Part shown: one piece after another, positions 27,474-39,619 of the stretch
How the letters are laid out: every line of letters begins with the position of its first letter
Numbering within the stretch: position 1 is the stretch's first letter
Assembly (NCBI GenBank): GCA_965235115.1
Contig: OZ249436.1
Span: 43,834,001 to 43,898,000 of the forward strand
DNA length: 64,000 nucleotides
Direction of reading: 5' to 3'
Source: Laetmonice hystrix
Taxonomy: Eukaryota
The notes under the pieces: generated by a model
The model's input: only the letters and a program-made list of their open reading frames with translations
What the model was told of the DNA's origin: nothing
Database searches by the model: none
Position numbers and translations under genes: made by a program

Positions 27474-28629
27474 CATGTTCCTCATTAGTAGTTGGTATGT
27501 GAGTCCGATCTCCTTACTTACAGTTGGCAAACACTGATATTGCACGGTGACATGTTCCTCATTAGTAGTTGGTATGTGTGTCCAATCTCCTTACTTACAG
27601 TTGGCAAACACTGATATTGTACGGTGACATGTTCCTCATTAGTAGTTGGTATGTGTGTCCAATCTCCTTACTTACAGTTGGCAAACACTGATATTGCACG
27701 GTGACATGTTCCTCATTAGTAGTTGGTATGTGTGTCCGATCTCCTTACTTACAGTTGGCAAACACTGATATTGTACGGTGACATGTTCCTCATTAGTAGT
27801 TGGTATGTGTGTCCGATCTCCTTACTTACAGTTGGCAAACACTGATATTGTACGGTGACATGTTCCTCATTAGTAGTTGGTATGTGTGTCCAATCTCCTT
27901 ACTTACAGTTGGCAAACACTGATATTGTACGGTGACATGTTCCTCATTAGTAGTTGGTATGTGTGTCCAATCTCCTTACTTACAGTTGGCAAACACTGAT
28001 ATTGTACGGTGACATGTTCCTCATTAGTAGTTGGTATGTGTGTCCAATCTCCTTACTTACAGTTGGCAAACACTGATATTGTACGGTGACATGTTCCTCA
28101 TTAGTAGTTGGTATGTGTGTCCGATCTCCTTACTTACAGTTGACAAACACTGATATTGTACGGTGACATGTTCCTCATTAGTAGTTGGTATGTGTGTCCG
28201 ATCTCCTTACTTACAGTTGACAAACACTGATATTGTACGGTGACATGTTCCTCATTAGTATTTGGTATGTGTGTCCAATCTCCTTACTTACAGTTGGCAA
28301 AGACTGATATTGTACGGTGACATGTTCCTCATTAGTAGTTGGTATGTGTGTCCAATCTCCTTACTTACAGTTGGCAAACACTGATATTGTACGGTGACAT
28401 GTTCCTCATTAGTAGTTGGTATGTGTGTCCGATCTCCTTACTTACAGTTGGCAAACACTGATATTGTACGGTGACATATTCCTCATTAGTAGTTGGTATG
28501 TGTGTCCAATCTCCTTACTTACAGTTGGCAAACACTGATATTGTACGGTGACATATTCCTCATTAGTAGTTGGTATGTGTGTCCAATCTCCTTACTTACA
28601 GTTGGCAAACACTGATATTGTACGGTGAC
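27474..28629. repeat. Intronic minisatellite, 77 bp x15
   Basis: Unit catgttcctcattagtagttggtatgtgtgtccaatctccttacttacagttggcaaacactgatattgtacggtga. Confidence 0.97.
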
Positions 28630-28898
28630 CACTTGTCTGACCTCGTGTTAACAGTGGCCGTCTTACAGTGTTGAAGGTAAATAGTGCCAGCCACAATCAC
28701 CAAACATCTTTCCGACCATTGGTTTCAAGTCCTCACGACCTGAGTTATACCTGTACAGGTGTGTTAACTGACCATAAAGGTGGCAATATTGTTGAGGTAG
28801 CATTGCTGATTGATATTTAATTGGGAAGGTGTATTTGTTTCCTATGTTTTACTGCACATGTATAAGTGCGTTTCGTTGTTAAATGCGGAAACGGGTTG

Positions 28899-29620
28899 TT
28901 TTATTGTGTGGTCCACGTCAGCGGTATTTTATTGTACAGAGTACAAGTACAGAGTTACTGGGTGTATTGTTTCGTGCAGTGACATACTGTTTTATTGTTT
29001 GATATGGGGGTGAAGTGTTGTTTTATTGTGTGGTCCACGTCAGCGGTATTTTATTGTACAGAGTACAAGTACAGAGTTACTGGGTGTATTGTTTCGCGCA
29101 GTGACGTACCGTGGCGGGTGTATTGTTTCGTGCAGTGACGTACCGTAGCGGGTGTATTGTTTCGTGCAGTGACATACTGTATTGGGTGTATTGTTTCGTG
29201 CAGTGACGTACCGTAGCGGGTGTATTGTTTCGTGCAGTGACGTACCGTGGCGGGTGTATTGTTTCGTGCAGTGACGTACCGTGGCGGGTGTATTGTTTCG
29301 TGCAGTGACGTACCGTGGCGGGTGTATTGTTTCGTGCAGTGACATACCGTGGCGGGTGTATTGTTTCGTGCAGTGACATACCGTAGCGGGTGTATTGTTT
29401 CGTGCACTGACGTACCGTTTTATTGTTTGATGGGGGTGAAGTGTTGCTTTATTGCGTGGTCCACATCAGTGGTATATGATTGTACAGAGTTAGTAGGTGT
29501 ATTGTTTCGTGCAGTGACGTTCCGTTTTATTGTTTGATGGGGGTAAAGTGTTGTTTTATTGTTTGATGGGGGTGAAGTGTTGTTTTATTGTTTGATGGGG
29601 GTAAAGTGTTGTTTTATTGT
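28899..29620. repeat. Compound repeat: 34-bp minisatellite x~10 (29085-29418) with duplicated flanks
   Basis: Unit cgtgcagtgacgtaccgtggcgggtgtattgttt. Flank gttttattgtgtggtccacgtcagcgg... occurs at ~28899 and ~29019. Confidence 0.9.
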
Positions 29621-29773
29621 CACATGCCCTGATTCATATTGCCTGGAATCGTGACCCGTACTGTTGTGACCGTTATAATTGGTCACTCCCAGAGCACACA
29701 ATGTAACTGTAAACTCACCCACGCCACAGGGACAAACTGTTCCCTGTAACCGTCAGGTCCACCCCCCAACAGA

Positions 29774-29931
29774 TTTCACGACAATTAGAGCAGAATTCGT
29801 GTTTCTCATTCACATCTGCACAACTTTAACCCCATGACGATGATAAAATAACGGGGTTGGAGTTACAGATACAATGTGACCTGTCTATCCAAGGCTGTGA
29901 ATTCATAATCATTTCGGATACCAGTAGTAGC
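29774..29931 (+). repeat. 158-bp direct repeat, copy 1 (copy 2 at 31579-31736)
   Basis: The two copies differ at 4 positions by eye. Confidence 0.93.
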
Positions 29932-29974
29932 CCCATGGTAACTTTCCCACAAAATGAGGTGTGGTGGTAGAGGG

Positions 29975-30520
29975 AAGGGTACGGGGTAGGCTGAGGGGTA
30001 CGGGGCAGGCTGAGGGGTACGGAGCAGGCTGAGGGGTACGGGGCAGGCTGAGGGGCAGGCTGAGGGGTACGGAGCAGGCTAAGGGGTACGGAGCAGGCTG
30101 AGGGGTACGGGACAGGCTGAGGGGTACGGGGCAGGCTGAGGGGTACGGGGCAGGCTGAGGGGTACGGGGCAGGCTGAGGGGTACGGGGCAGGCTGAGGGG
30201 TACGGCGGAGGGGTACGGAGCAGGCTGAGGGGTACGGGGCAGACTGAGGGGTACGGGGCAGGCTGAGGGGCAGGGGGCAGGCTGAGGGCTATGGAGCAGG
30301 CTGAGGGGCAGGCCGAGGGGTAGAGGGTAGGGGTTAGGGTACGGGGCAGGTTGAGGGGTAGATGGTAGGGGTTAGGGTACAGGGCAGGCTGAGGGGTTAT
30401 AGGGTACGGGGCAGGTTGAGGGGTAGAGGGTATAGGGGTTAGGGTACAGGGCAGGCTGAGGGGTTATAGGGTACGGGGCAGGTTGAGGGGTAGGGGTTAT
30501 AAGGTACGGAGCAGGCTGTA
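29975..30520. repeat. G-rich ~19-bp tandem repeat (gggcaggctgaggggtacg), degenerating 3'
   Basis: Read directly. Confidence 0.9.
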
Positions 30521-30642
30521 CATGAGTGGTAGGGGTAGAGGTAAGTTTTGCGGTGGGTCTGGAGGCCAGGACTAGGGGTTAAGATTTAGGTTCGGGTCTA
30601 GCCATATAATTTGTCTTCTCTCCCCAGATCCGTGGATCTATT

Positions 30643-30922
30643 ATCACGGATGCCACCGTTTGACGGAGTATCACGGATGCCACCGTTTGACGGAGTATCA
30701 CGGATGCCACCGTTTGACGGAGTATCACGGATGCCACCGTTTGACGGAGTATCACGGATGCCACCGTTTGACGGAGTATCACGGATGCCACCGTTTGACG
30801 GAGTATCACGGATGCCACCGTTTGACGGAGTATCACGGATGCCACCGTTTGACGGAGTATCACGGATGCCACCGTTTGACGGGGTATCCCGGATGCCACC
30901 GTTTGACGGAGTATCACGGATG
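30643..30922. repeat. Homogeneous minisatellite, 27 bp x10
   Basis: Unit atcacggatgccaccgtttgacggagt. Confidence 0.97.
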
Positions 30923-31578
30923 ACCCCGAGTACCTCACGGAGACCTCGGTCAGACCTTGCCCTCATATCGCCCAGACATTCACCTAGTTATTCCAGAAAC
31001 TGTAAACGAACTGTAGATTTAGCAACGTTTGCTGCAGACAGTTCCGAACGACAAACAATTCCATGTGACCCAGTTCTGTTAATCGGTCCATGCGACCATG
31101 AACTGCGTACACTTCGCCATGGTAAACTTTTGAACCAGAAAACAGCATGGAAAAATGTGTAATTAGCAAATATTCAACTGATTCTGAATGTGTTCCGTGT
31201 CCTCTCTCGATCCACGGAGGGCGGTGTGCCGTGACCCGTGACGGGTGGGGTCATAACCTGAGTGGGGGAGATTAATGTAGGTCCTGTGTTGGGAGATCAA
31301 AGAGTTACATCATGATGGCTGTATGTCCCCCGCACACCCCGACCAGTCGGGCGTACCACACCACCGCCCGACTGACTGCATATAACTTACCTGAATCTAA
31401 CCCCGACAAAAGGTGATTCATGCTGTAATATACAGCCAGCCGTTCATTTACGCTCACATGGGTTGCTATACTGGCATTCCAAGTATACTTGGGTAGTGCA
31501 GAAAGTAAACCTTTGGGTTGATTTAGTAGATAAGTTGTATTTAGTGACAGTCGTATTGCGACAGGAGACGGAGTCTTC

Positions 31579-31736
31579 TTTCACGACAATTAGAGCAGAA
31601 TTCGAGTTTCTCATTCACATCTGAACAACTTTAACCCCATGACGATGATAAAATACCGGGGTTGGAGTCACAGATACAATGTGACCTGTCTATCCAAGGC
31701 TGTGAATTCATAATCATTTCGGATACCAGTAGTAGC
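31579..31736 (+). repeat. 158-bp direct repeat, copy 2
   Basis: Matches 29774-29931. Confidence 0.93.
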
Positions 31737-31739
31737 TAC

Positions 31740-33267
31740 ACAACGAGTAAAGGGGTTGGTAGTCAGAGGTAGGTTTCGTAACATGAGACATGTACCCCAC
31801 ACCACGAGTAAAGGGGTTGGTAGTCAGAGGTAGGTTTCGTAACATGAGACATGTACCCCACACCACGAGTAAAGGGGTTGGTAGTCAGAGGTAGGTTTCG
31901 TAACATGAGACATGTACCCCACACCACGAGTAAAGGGGTTGGTAGTCAGAGGTAGGTTTCGTAACATGAGACATGTACCCCACACCACGAGTAAAGGGGT
32001 TGGTAGTCAGAAGTAGGTTTCGTAACATGAGACATGTACCCCACACCACGAGTAAAGGGGTTGGTAGTCAGAGGTAGGTTTCGTAACATGAGACATGTAC
32101 TACCCCACACCACGAGTAAAGGGGTTGGTAGTCAGAGGTAGGTTTCGTAACATGAGACATGTACTACCCCACACCACGAGTAAAGGGGTTGGTAGTCAGA
32201 GGTAGGTTTCGTAACATGAGACATGTACCCCACACCACGAGTAAAGGGGTTGGTAGTCAGAGGTAGGTTTCGTAACATGAGACATGTACTACCCCACACC
32301 ACGAGTAAAGGGGTTGGTAGTCAGAGGTAGGTTTCGTAACATGAGACATGTACCCCACACAACGAGTATAGGGGTTGGTAGTCAGAGGTAGGTTTCGTAA
32401 CATGAGACATGTACTACCCCACACCACGAGTAAAGGGGTTGGTAGTCAGAGGTAGGTTTCGTAACATGAGACATGTACTACCCCACACCACGAGTAAAGG
32501 GGTTGGTAGTCAGAGGTAGGTTTCGTAACATGAGACATGTACTACCCCACACCACGAGTAAAGGGGTTGGTAGTCAGAGGTAGGTTTCGTAACATGAGAC
32601 ATGTACTACCCCACACCACGAGTAAAGGGGTTGGTAGTCAGAGGTAGGTTTCCTAACATGAGACATGTACTACCCCACACCACCAGTAAAGGGGTTGGTA
32701 GTCAGAGGTATGAGACATGTACCCCACACCACGAGTAAAGGGGTTGGTAGTCAGGGGTAGGTTTCGTAACATGAGACATGTACCCCACACCACGAGTAAA
32801 GGGGTTGGTAGTCAGAGGTAGGTTTCGTAACATGAGACATGTACTACTCCACACCACGAGTGAAGGGGTTGGTAGTCAGAGGTAGGTTTCGTAACATGAG
32901 ACATGTACTACCCCACACCACGAGTAAAGGGGTTGGTAGTCAGAGGTAGGTTTGTACCCCACACCACGAGTAAAGGGGTTGGTAGTCAGAGGTAGGTTTC
33001 GTAACATGAGACATGTACTACCCCACACCACGAGTAAAGGGGTTGGTAGTCAGAGGTAGGTTTCGTAACATGAGACATGTACCCCACACCACGAGTAAAG
33101 GGGTTGGTAGTCAGAGGTAGGTTTCGTATCATTAGACATGTACCCCACACCACGAGTAAAGGGGTTGGTAGTCAGAGGTAGGTTTCGTAACATGGGTTGG
33201 TAGTCAGAGGTAGGTTTCGTAACATGGGTTGGTAGTCAGAGGTAGGTTTCGTAACATGAGACATGTC
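31740..33267. repeat. Minisatellite, 61/64 bp x~25
   Basis: Unit ccccacaccacgagtaaaggggttggtagtcagaggtaggtttcgtaacatgagacatgta(cta). Confidence 0.96.
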
Positions 33268-35740
33268 TTGCGCTATTTACGTAAATGATCATCGCTTCCT
33301 TCCGTCAAGTGGGTAATATGTCAGTTGCGGATCTGTGGAGGCAGACAGCCCCCCCCCCCCCCCCCCCACCATCGCTTCCAACCGTACCCGCCTGCTCCAG
33401 TAAGAGCCGACAACAAGAATAGAAAAGAAAATGGGAAGGGGAGGAAAGACAATTGGAATAATTATTTTATTAGAACACTGTAATTGCGCTGTGGCAGGGT
33501 AATATGTGATGGTTAAAGTGATTGATGTTTAAGGGGTTGGTAGATCCCATCTTCACGCACCCTTGAATAGTATTCTCTAAGTAACATTAAGGCAATGCCT
33601 ACATCCATTCTAAAGTCTGACAGTTGGGAGGTTCGGAGCCCAGGGCTGCGTTAGTTCCGCAATGAAACGACAGGTGGCAGGCAGAGCGCGCACCAAGCGA
33701 CCGTGTCTGCATCGACACCAGTTCGTCTGGCATATTGATTTTAACTGAAGACAGGTAGGAATGGTGACTTACCCATGGACGTCAAACAGGGTAAGTCGAT
33801 TGGGAGGGGGGGGGGGGTGTGACCGAGTTGAAATATGGCTTTTCTATGTCGTCTGAAATAATTTAAATGAGTTTAATTAATCTAATTAGCTTACTGAGTG
33901 ATTAATGAATGGAAAACCAGTTTTCCGGTATCTACTCTTGTTTTCTTCCACGCTAGTCAACTAAACAGAACAAAAAACAACATATATAGAGCCTCTTAAA
34001 TTGACTCAGTCACTAGCCCATGGTCAGGTCAAACTTTTAAAGTGTCAGCATTAAGTTCGGCAAAATGGAAGAATTCAGGGTCGAAATGTGAATCGCGTCC
34101 TGAGAGGGGTGTATTTGCTATATTTAGCAGTGAGCAGAAAGCGTTATTGTAAGCACTCCAGAGGTCGGTGGTGATGTGCTTTGATTGGTCGTAGGTAACT
34201 GCATGTACTGAAGGGTGACAATAGTCACCCCAGGGTAGTGTGACAATAGTCACCCCAGGGTAGTGTGACAATACGACAATAGTCTTTCCAAGGCTACCCT
34301 CAGCCTGGAGATCACCCCAATCAGTCCACGATCTCCACTACACCTTCCACTCTGGGCTCATCACCTTCCAAAATAACCACACTTGCAGTGGGTGGAAGTC
34401 TTATGGACTTGTTGATGTTAGGCATGTCCGACAAGAGATTTCCTTTTCAACGGGTTACGTGAAGTTATTTAAGATGGCTTTATCCCGATTCGGACACAGG
34501 CTACTGACTGGAGATAATGATAGCTAATAATCTTTAGGGGAGGGAGGGAGGGTCGGAACTTCAACTATTTCGCTGCATTTATCCGATAAGGGCAAAATAG
34601 AATGTTAAAAAAATTACTTCTAAATGTAATTTGTTGGTGTGTTAGACATTAGTTTTACTTGTTCAGTTACTTAGTACATGTTCTTTAACAGCTAACTTGT
34701 CCAACGCTATACAGGTCAGGAGTTTCTGCACAGGAAGCTTTCAATCTAAAACGAGTAAAGGATTATTTGTATGAAACTTGGAAAAAGATGGCTGTGAGAT
34801 AGGGTGTTGTGTGCAGGAAAGGTCGGCCAGACGGTCGTGAATAAAGTCCTGTTTCTAGTTGTCATAAACGTCTAAAACCTGCATGCCTTCCATAGCCGGC
34901 CTCGATAAAACAGAATTTAGCATTCCTCTCAACTCTCGGGTGGTAGATTTTTGTGTATAGCTGGAGATAAAAAGTCAGTCTTTTTATTAGTTGATAAAGT
35001 GCAAAGATTGGGAGGAGGCAAACATGAAGAGAATGTTCCACAAACTCCCCTCCCCCTCCTCCTGTGACCAACCTGTCCACCCTTGATACAATCTGTAATG
35101 GACCGCCCCGCATTGTCCACCGAACTTCTCCGACCCAGTCGCTGTGGTTACATAAGATTGTTGCAATGACAGTGGTGGCCGCCGTTACCATTGCCTCAGC
35201 CACCTGTTGATACTGTCGACTTGGCCAGGTAGGTTCGATTTGGTTAGAAACTCGCCGCACTAAATGCCCGACCTGAGAACAGAATCTGACTTGACGTCAG
35301 TGTGGGCAGGTTTCAGTGAGTGACATTTATGTCGTGTTTGTAGTGACTGATGATTTGTATGGCGGGATGAGCAACACTCAACAGGTTTCTGCACCACACT
35401 GTGACATGTACATCAAAGGCGTGTCATGTTGCATGGACATGCGTTGAGGGGAAAACACATTGAGACTCAGAATTAGGTGTCATTGCTGAGATAATCTGAC
35501 TCTACCGGCATGCCATTTAGTCTTTATTCAGTACGTAGGAGGTGTTAGTGGCGTGTGAGGTCAGTGGAAAGGTGTTGGGGGAGAAAGACATTTAGTATTT
35601 GGTGCCATTGCTGAGAAAATATACATCTAGGCATGGCCTGCATTCCTTTAGCCTTAATCAACCGAACATGACGAGTACGTATCAGTGTACTGAGTAATTG
35701 GACCGTTCTAATGACATATTGTATGTTATGTTATTCTAAC

Positions 35741-36980
35741 CCCACCGACATCTTACAGTCGTTATTTAGTGTGGAGGGGGAGGGCGAACAGTTCCACATG
35801 AGGACCTGGAACTCCTACAGTAAATGTACAACACAAGGTGTACATGTTCCAACCCTACCGACATCTTACTGTTGGTAACCTTGGTAACTCCTACAGTAAA
35901 TGTACAACACAAGGTGTGAATGTTCCAACCCTACCGACATCTTCCTGTCGTTATTTAGTGTGGAGGGGGAGGGCGAACAGTTCCACACGAGGACCTGGAA
36001 CTCCTACAGTAAATCTACAACACAAGGTGTGAATGTTCCAACCCTACCGACACCTTACTGTTGGTAACCTTGGTAACTCCTACAGTAAATCTACAACACA
36101 AGGTGTGAATGTTCCAACCCTACCGACATCTTCCTGTCGTTATTTAGTGTGGAGGGGGAGGGCGAACAGTTTCACACGAGGACCTGGAACTCCTACAGTA
36201 AATCTACAACACAAGGTGTGAATGTTCCAACCCTACCGACATCTTACTGTTGGTAACCTTGGTAACTCCTACAGTAAATCTACAACACAAGGTGTGAATG
36301 TTCCAACCCTACCGACATCTTACTGTTGGTAACCTTGGTAACTCCTACAGTAAATCTACAACACAAGGTGTGAATGTTCCAACCCTACCGACATCTTACT
36401 GTTGGTAACCTTGGTAACTCCTACAGTAAATCTACAACACAAGGTGTGAATGTTCCAACCCTACCGACATCTTACTGTTGGTAACCTTGGTAACTCCTAC
36501 AGTAAATCTACAACACAAGGTGTGAATGTTCCAACCCTACCGACATCTTACTGTTGGTAACCTTGGTAACTCCTACAGTAAATGTACAACACAAGGTGTG
36601 AATGTTCCAACCCTTCCGACATCTTACTGTTGGTTACCTTGGTAACTCCTACAGTAAATGTACAACACAAGGTGTGAATGCTCCAACCCTACCGACATCT
36701 TACTGTCGTTATTTAGTGTGGAGGGGAGGGCGAACAGTTCCACATGAGGACCTGGAACTCCTACAGTAAATCTACAACACAAGGTGTGAATGTTCCAACC
36801 CTACCGACACCTTACTGTTGGTAACCTTGGTAACTCCTACAGTAAATCTACAACACTAGGTGTGAATGTTCCAACCCTACCGACACCTTACTGTTGGTAA
36901 CCTTGGTAACTCCTACAGTAAATCTACAACACAAGGTGTACATGTTCCAACCCTACCGACATCTTACTGTTGGTAACCTT
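35741..36980. repeat. Compound minisatellite with 76-bp and 112-113-bp unit types
   Basis: Shared core ccctaccgacatctt...ctcctacagtaaatctacaacacaaggtgtgaatgttccaa with two alternative internal segments. Confidence 0.93.
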
Positions 36981-37504
36981 GAGCGGGCACATCAAAAGTT
37001 TCTCCTTGAAGCGGTCGGGCACCGATAAAGTCAATGGGATCGTTGAACTATATCTCAGTGACGTGATGCAAGGCCTGTCATCCAGAGATACCATATAAAA
37101 TACTGGCCTTTGTCGGGAGCCTTAAAAAATGTCCTTTACTTGGGTCACTGACTTTACATACGTTCAAGATACTAATATTGGAAAGCCTTTATTCGCGGTG
37201 GGGAAGGGGGGTGTTAATAGCTTTAGTTGGAATGAGGAAGAAACACTTTACAAATTCGACCGGTGCCTTCTTATATTTTCTTTTACTAGTGTACATTTTG
37301 TGACGCAATTAAATATTTAAGTTGAAGGTCATTTAAAGAAGAACATTGTAAGTGTATGAGGTCAACTCAGATTTATCTGACATCAGACTCGAGAAAACCT
37401 ATCAGGTCCTCCTCAGGAATAAACTGTTTAACTCTGTAAGACAGCCACATTTTATCCCAGGAAAATATTCATTAACGCCGAGTATACATCTTGCTATACC
37501 TGTG

Positions 37505-37600
37505 AGGGACCGCAGCGGTTCAGGAGTCTAAGGCGCTCACCTTTGGGGTTCGAACCCTCCAACTTTCTACGTCATGTGAGAGAGTTTGTCAGTTACTTAG
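37505..37600 (+). mobile_element. Degenerate tRNA-derived SINE head
   Basis: B-box GGTTCGAACCC at 37547-37557, preceded by tRNA-like gtctaaggcgct. No complete cloverleaf. Confidence 0.35.
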
Positions 37601-38071
37601 ACTAACAGCCAGAAGTTTATCAGAGATTGCCCCGAGACTTACAGCCAGAAGTTTATCAGAAACATTTGACTATGCCTATTACCATTTTAATGTAACAGAT
37701 CGTAAGATTTGACAGGTCCTTTCACTTCTATCAATCATGACTTGCTCGCAAATGGACACGGCATCCTTACCGGATGTTTATTTTCATGCCCTCATCGATC
37801 AGGCAGAGATACTACTGTTAGGAGAAGGTCGCCTGTAATGTTTTCTAGATAAACAAGAGTTAGGATCATTGCACACAGGGCGGGACCTAAGATGGATAGA
37901 GTACCGTACAGAGGGACCATTCACATCGAGTGTGGGGTCTCCATGCATAACATGGTACAGGTATCTCAATCATGGGCTGGCGATGGCGCACAATGAATTC
38001 ACAAACAGAGCCGGTAATGTAGGGAGGTTTCTGGTCGTGTGGGGGACACAGTCATTCATTCCTGGCCTGGC

Positions 38072-38885
38072 ATTACCTGGGCCTGGTCTCACCTGGGCTG
38101 AGTGGGTCCCTGCCTCACCTGGGCCTGGCCTCACCTGGCCTGGAGTGGGTCCCTGCCTCACCTGGGCCTGGCCTCACCTGGACCGGTGGTCTCACCTGGC
38201 CTGGAGTGGGTCCCTGCCTCACCTGGGCCTGGTCTCACCTGGGCCTGGCCCCACCTGGCCTGGAGTGGGTCCCTGCCTCACCTGGGCCTGGTCTCACCTG
38301 GCCTGGAGTGGGTCCCTGCCTCACCTGGGCCTGGCCTCACCTGGCCTGGAGTGGGTCCCTGCCTCACCTGGGCCTGGCCTCACCTGGCCTGGAGTGGGTC
38401 CCTGCCTCACCTGGGTGCTGGCCTCACCTGGCCTGGAGTGGGTCCCTGCCTCACCGGGTGCTGGCCTCACCTGGCCTGGAGTGGGTCCCTGCCTCACCTG
38501 GGTGCTGGCCTCACCTGGCCTGGAGTGGGTCCCTGCCTCACCTGGGTGCTGGCCTCACCTGGCCTGGAGTGGGTCCATGCCTCTCACCTGGGCCCTGGCC
38601 CTGGTTTTTAGTTTGCAAACCAAGTTTTAAGATTCAAATCTTAAGACTGAACTCTTGTTTCAGAGCTTCTGATTGGTCCTTCAAATGGTGTCAGCCAATG
38701 AGAGACCATAACACAAGTCAGTCTTAAAATTCCAGTCTTAAGATTGGTAAAATTGCGAACTAAAAACCGGGCCCTGGTCTCACCTGGCCTGGAGTGGGTC
38801 CCTGCCGCACCTGGGCCTGGTCTCACCTGGGTCTGGTTTCACCTGGGCCTAGCCTCACCTGGGCCAGTGGTCTCACCTGGGCCCA
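38072..38885. repeat. GC-rich compound tandem repeat (gcctcacctgggcctg / gcctcacctggcctggagtgggtccct) in two blocks, 38072-38600 and 38771-38885
   Basis: Read directly; accounts for the ORFs at 37869-38944. Confidence 0.9.
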
Positions 38886-39374
38886 GGGAGAGGGTCTGCA
38901 ATCTGTTGAGTGAATATAGGATTGTGGGGCGAGCTGATGTTTAGAAAGGGTCAATTATAGAGGTGTGCTATGGTAGAACGCCGTGAGTTTGTGTTGTGGT
39001 TTGGTTTACTATTCATTGAAAACAATCAGGGGTTGGATGTAATTATAAAAAAAAAACAAAAAACAACCAAACAGGCAGGACTGTACACGTGGACGTCCCT
39101 CGACGTGCTACCTCTCCCTGTCTCCAGGTAAATAATGGAAACGTTAGGCAATGTATTAGTCATGGTTGTGTGGGTGCTTGGAGTTTGCCAGAAATGTACG
39201 TGTGGGGAGATGGGATATTGACCTACCATGTTACAGGGAGCCAGACCAAGCTGTCACTCGGGCCTGGTCGAGAGAACAACTCAGTCACCTTGCACGATCT
39301 TACTCAGGTGACCTTGGACACAGAGTATGTACGTAATCTGAGCGTGCTAACGTCCGTCCGACGATCTGTTTCAG

Positions 39375-39535
39375 GGTCGGGGATTACCTCCTATCACTGA
39401 ACAGCACGGCACTGACCGGTCTACCGGACACACGAGTTCAACAGACACTTCGACTTCTGCCCAGAGGTTTGGTCAAAATCATCGCGTCGGTCCTCCCACC
39501 TCAACTTAAAGCTGACATCAAAGCCGATCAAAATG
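39375..39535 (+). CDS. PDZD2: Coding exon (161 nt) completing the second PDZ domain; not in the ORF track
   Basis: Acceptor tctgtttcAG at 39373-39374. The first G completes AA|G (Lys), then VGDYLLSLNSTALTGLPDTRVQQTLRLLPRGLVKIIASVLPPQLKADIKADQN. Donor G|GTGAGT at 39536 (phase 1). This is the expected PDZ betaD-alphaB-betaF continuation. Confidence 0.93.
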
Positions 39536-39585
39536 GTGAGTTTTCTCTTCGGATATCTTGTTTTGTTCATAATGTAGGAGCCTGT

Positions 39586-39619
39586 ATTTTTCTTTTTTGA
39601 AATGCACGGGCATCAGGGG
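39586..39619 (-). mobile_element. 5'-truncated SINE 3' tail
   Basis: T-tract followed by gaaatgcacgggcatcagggg matches 42251-42281. Confidence 0.7.

Noticed and set aside
27474-33267. CRISPR-like appearance of regularly spaced repeats
   Set aside because: Units are head-to-tail with no unique spacers, there are no cas genes, and the context is a spliceosomal-intron eukaryotic gene.
4963-36980. Common ancestry of the 70-bp and 76-bp arrays (shared words ggtaactc, acaaggtg)
   Set aside because: Only short scattered matches, compatible with chance among ~30 units; a formal alignment significance test would be needed.
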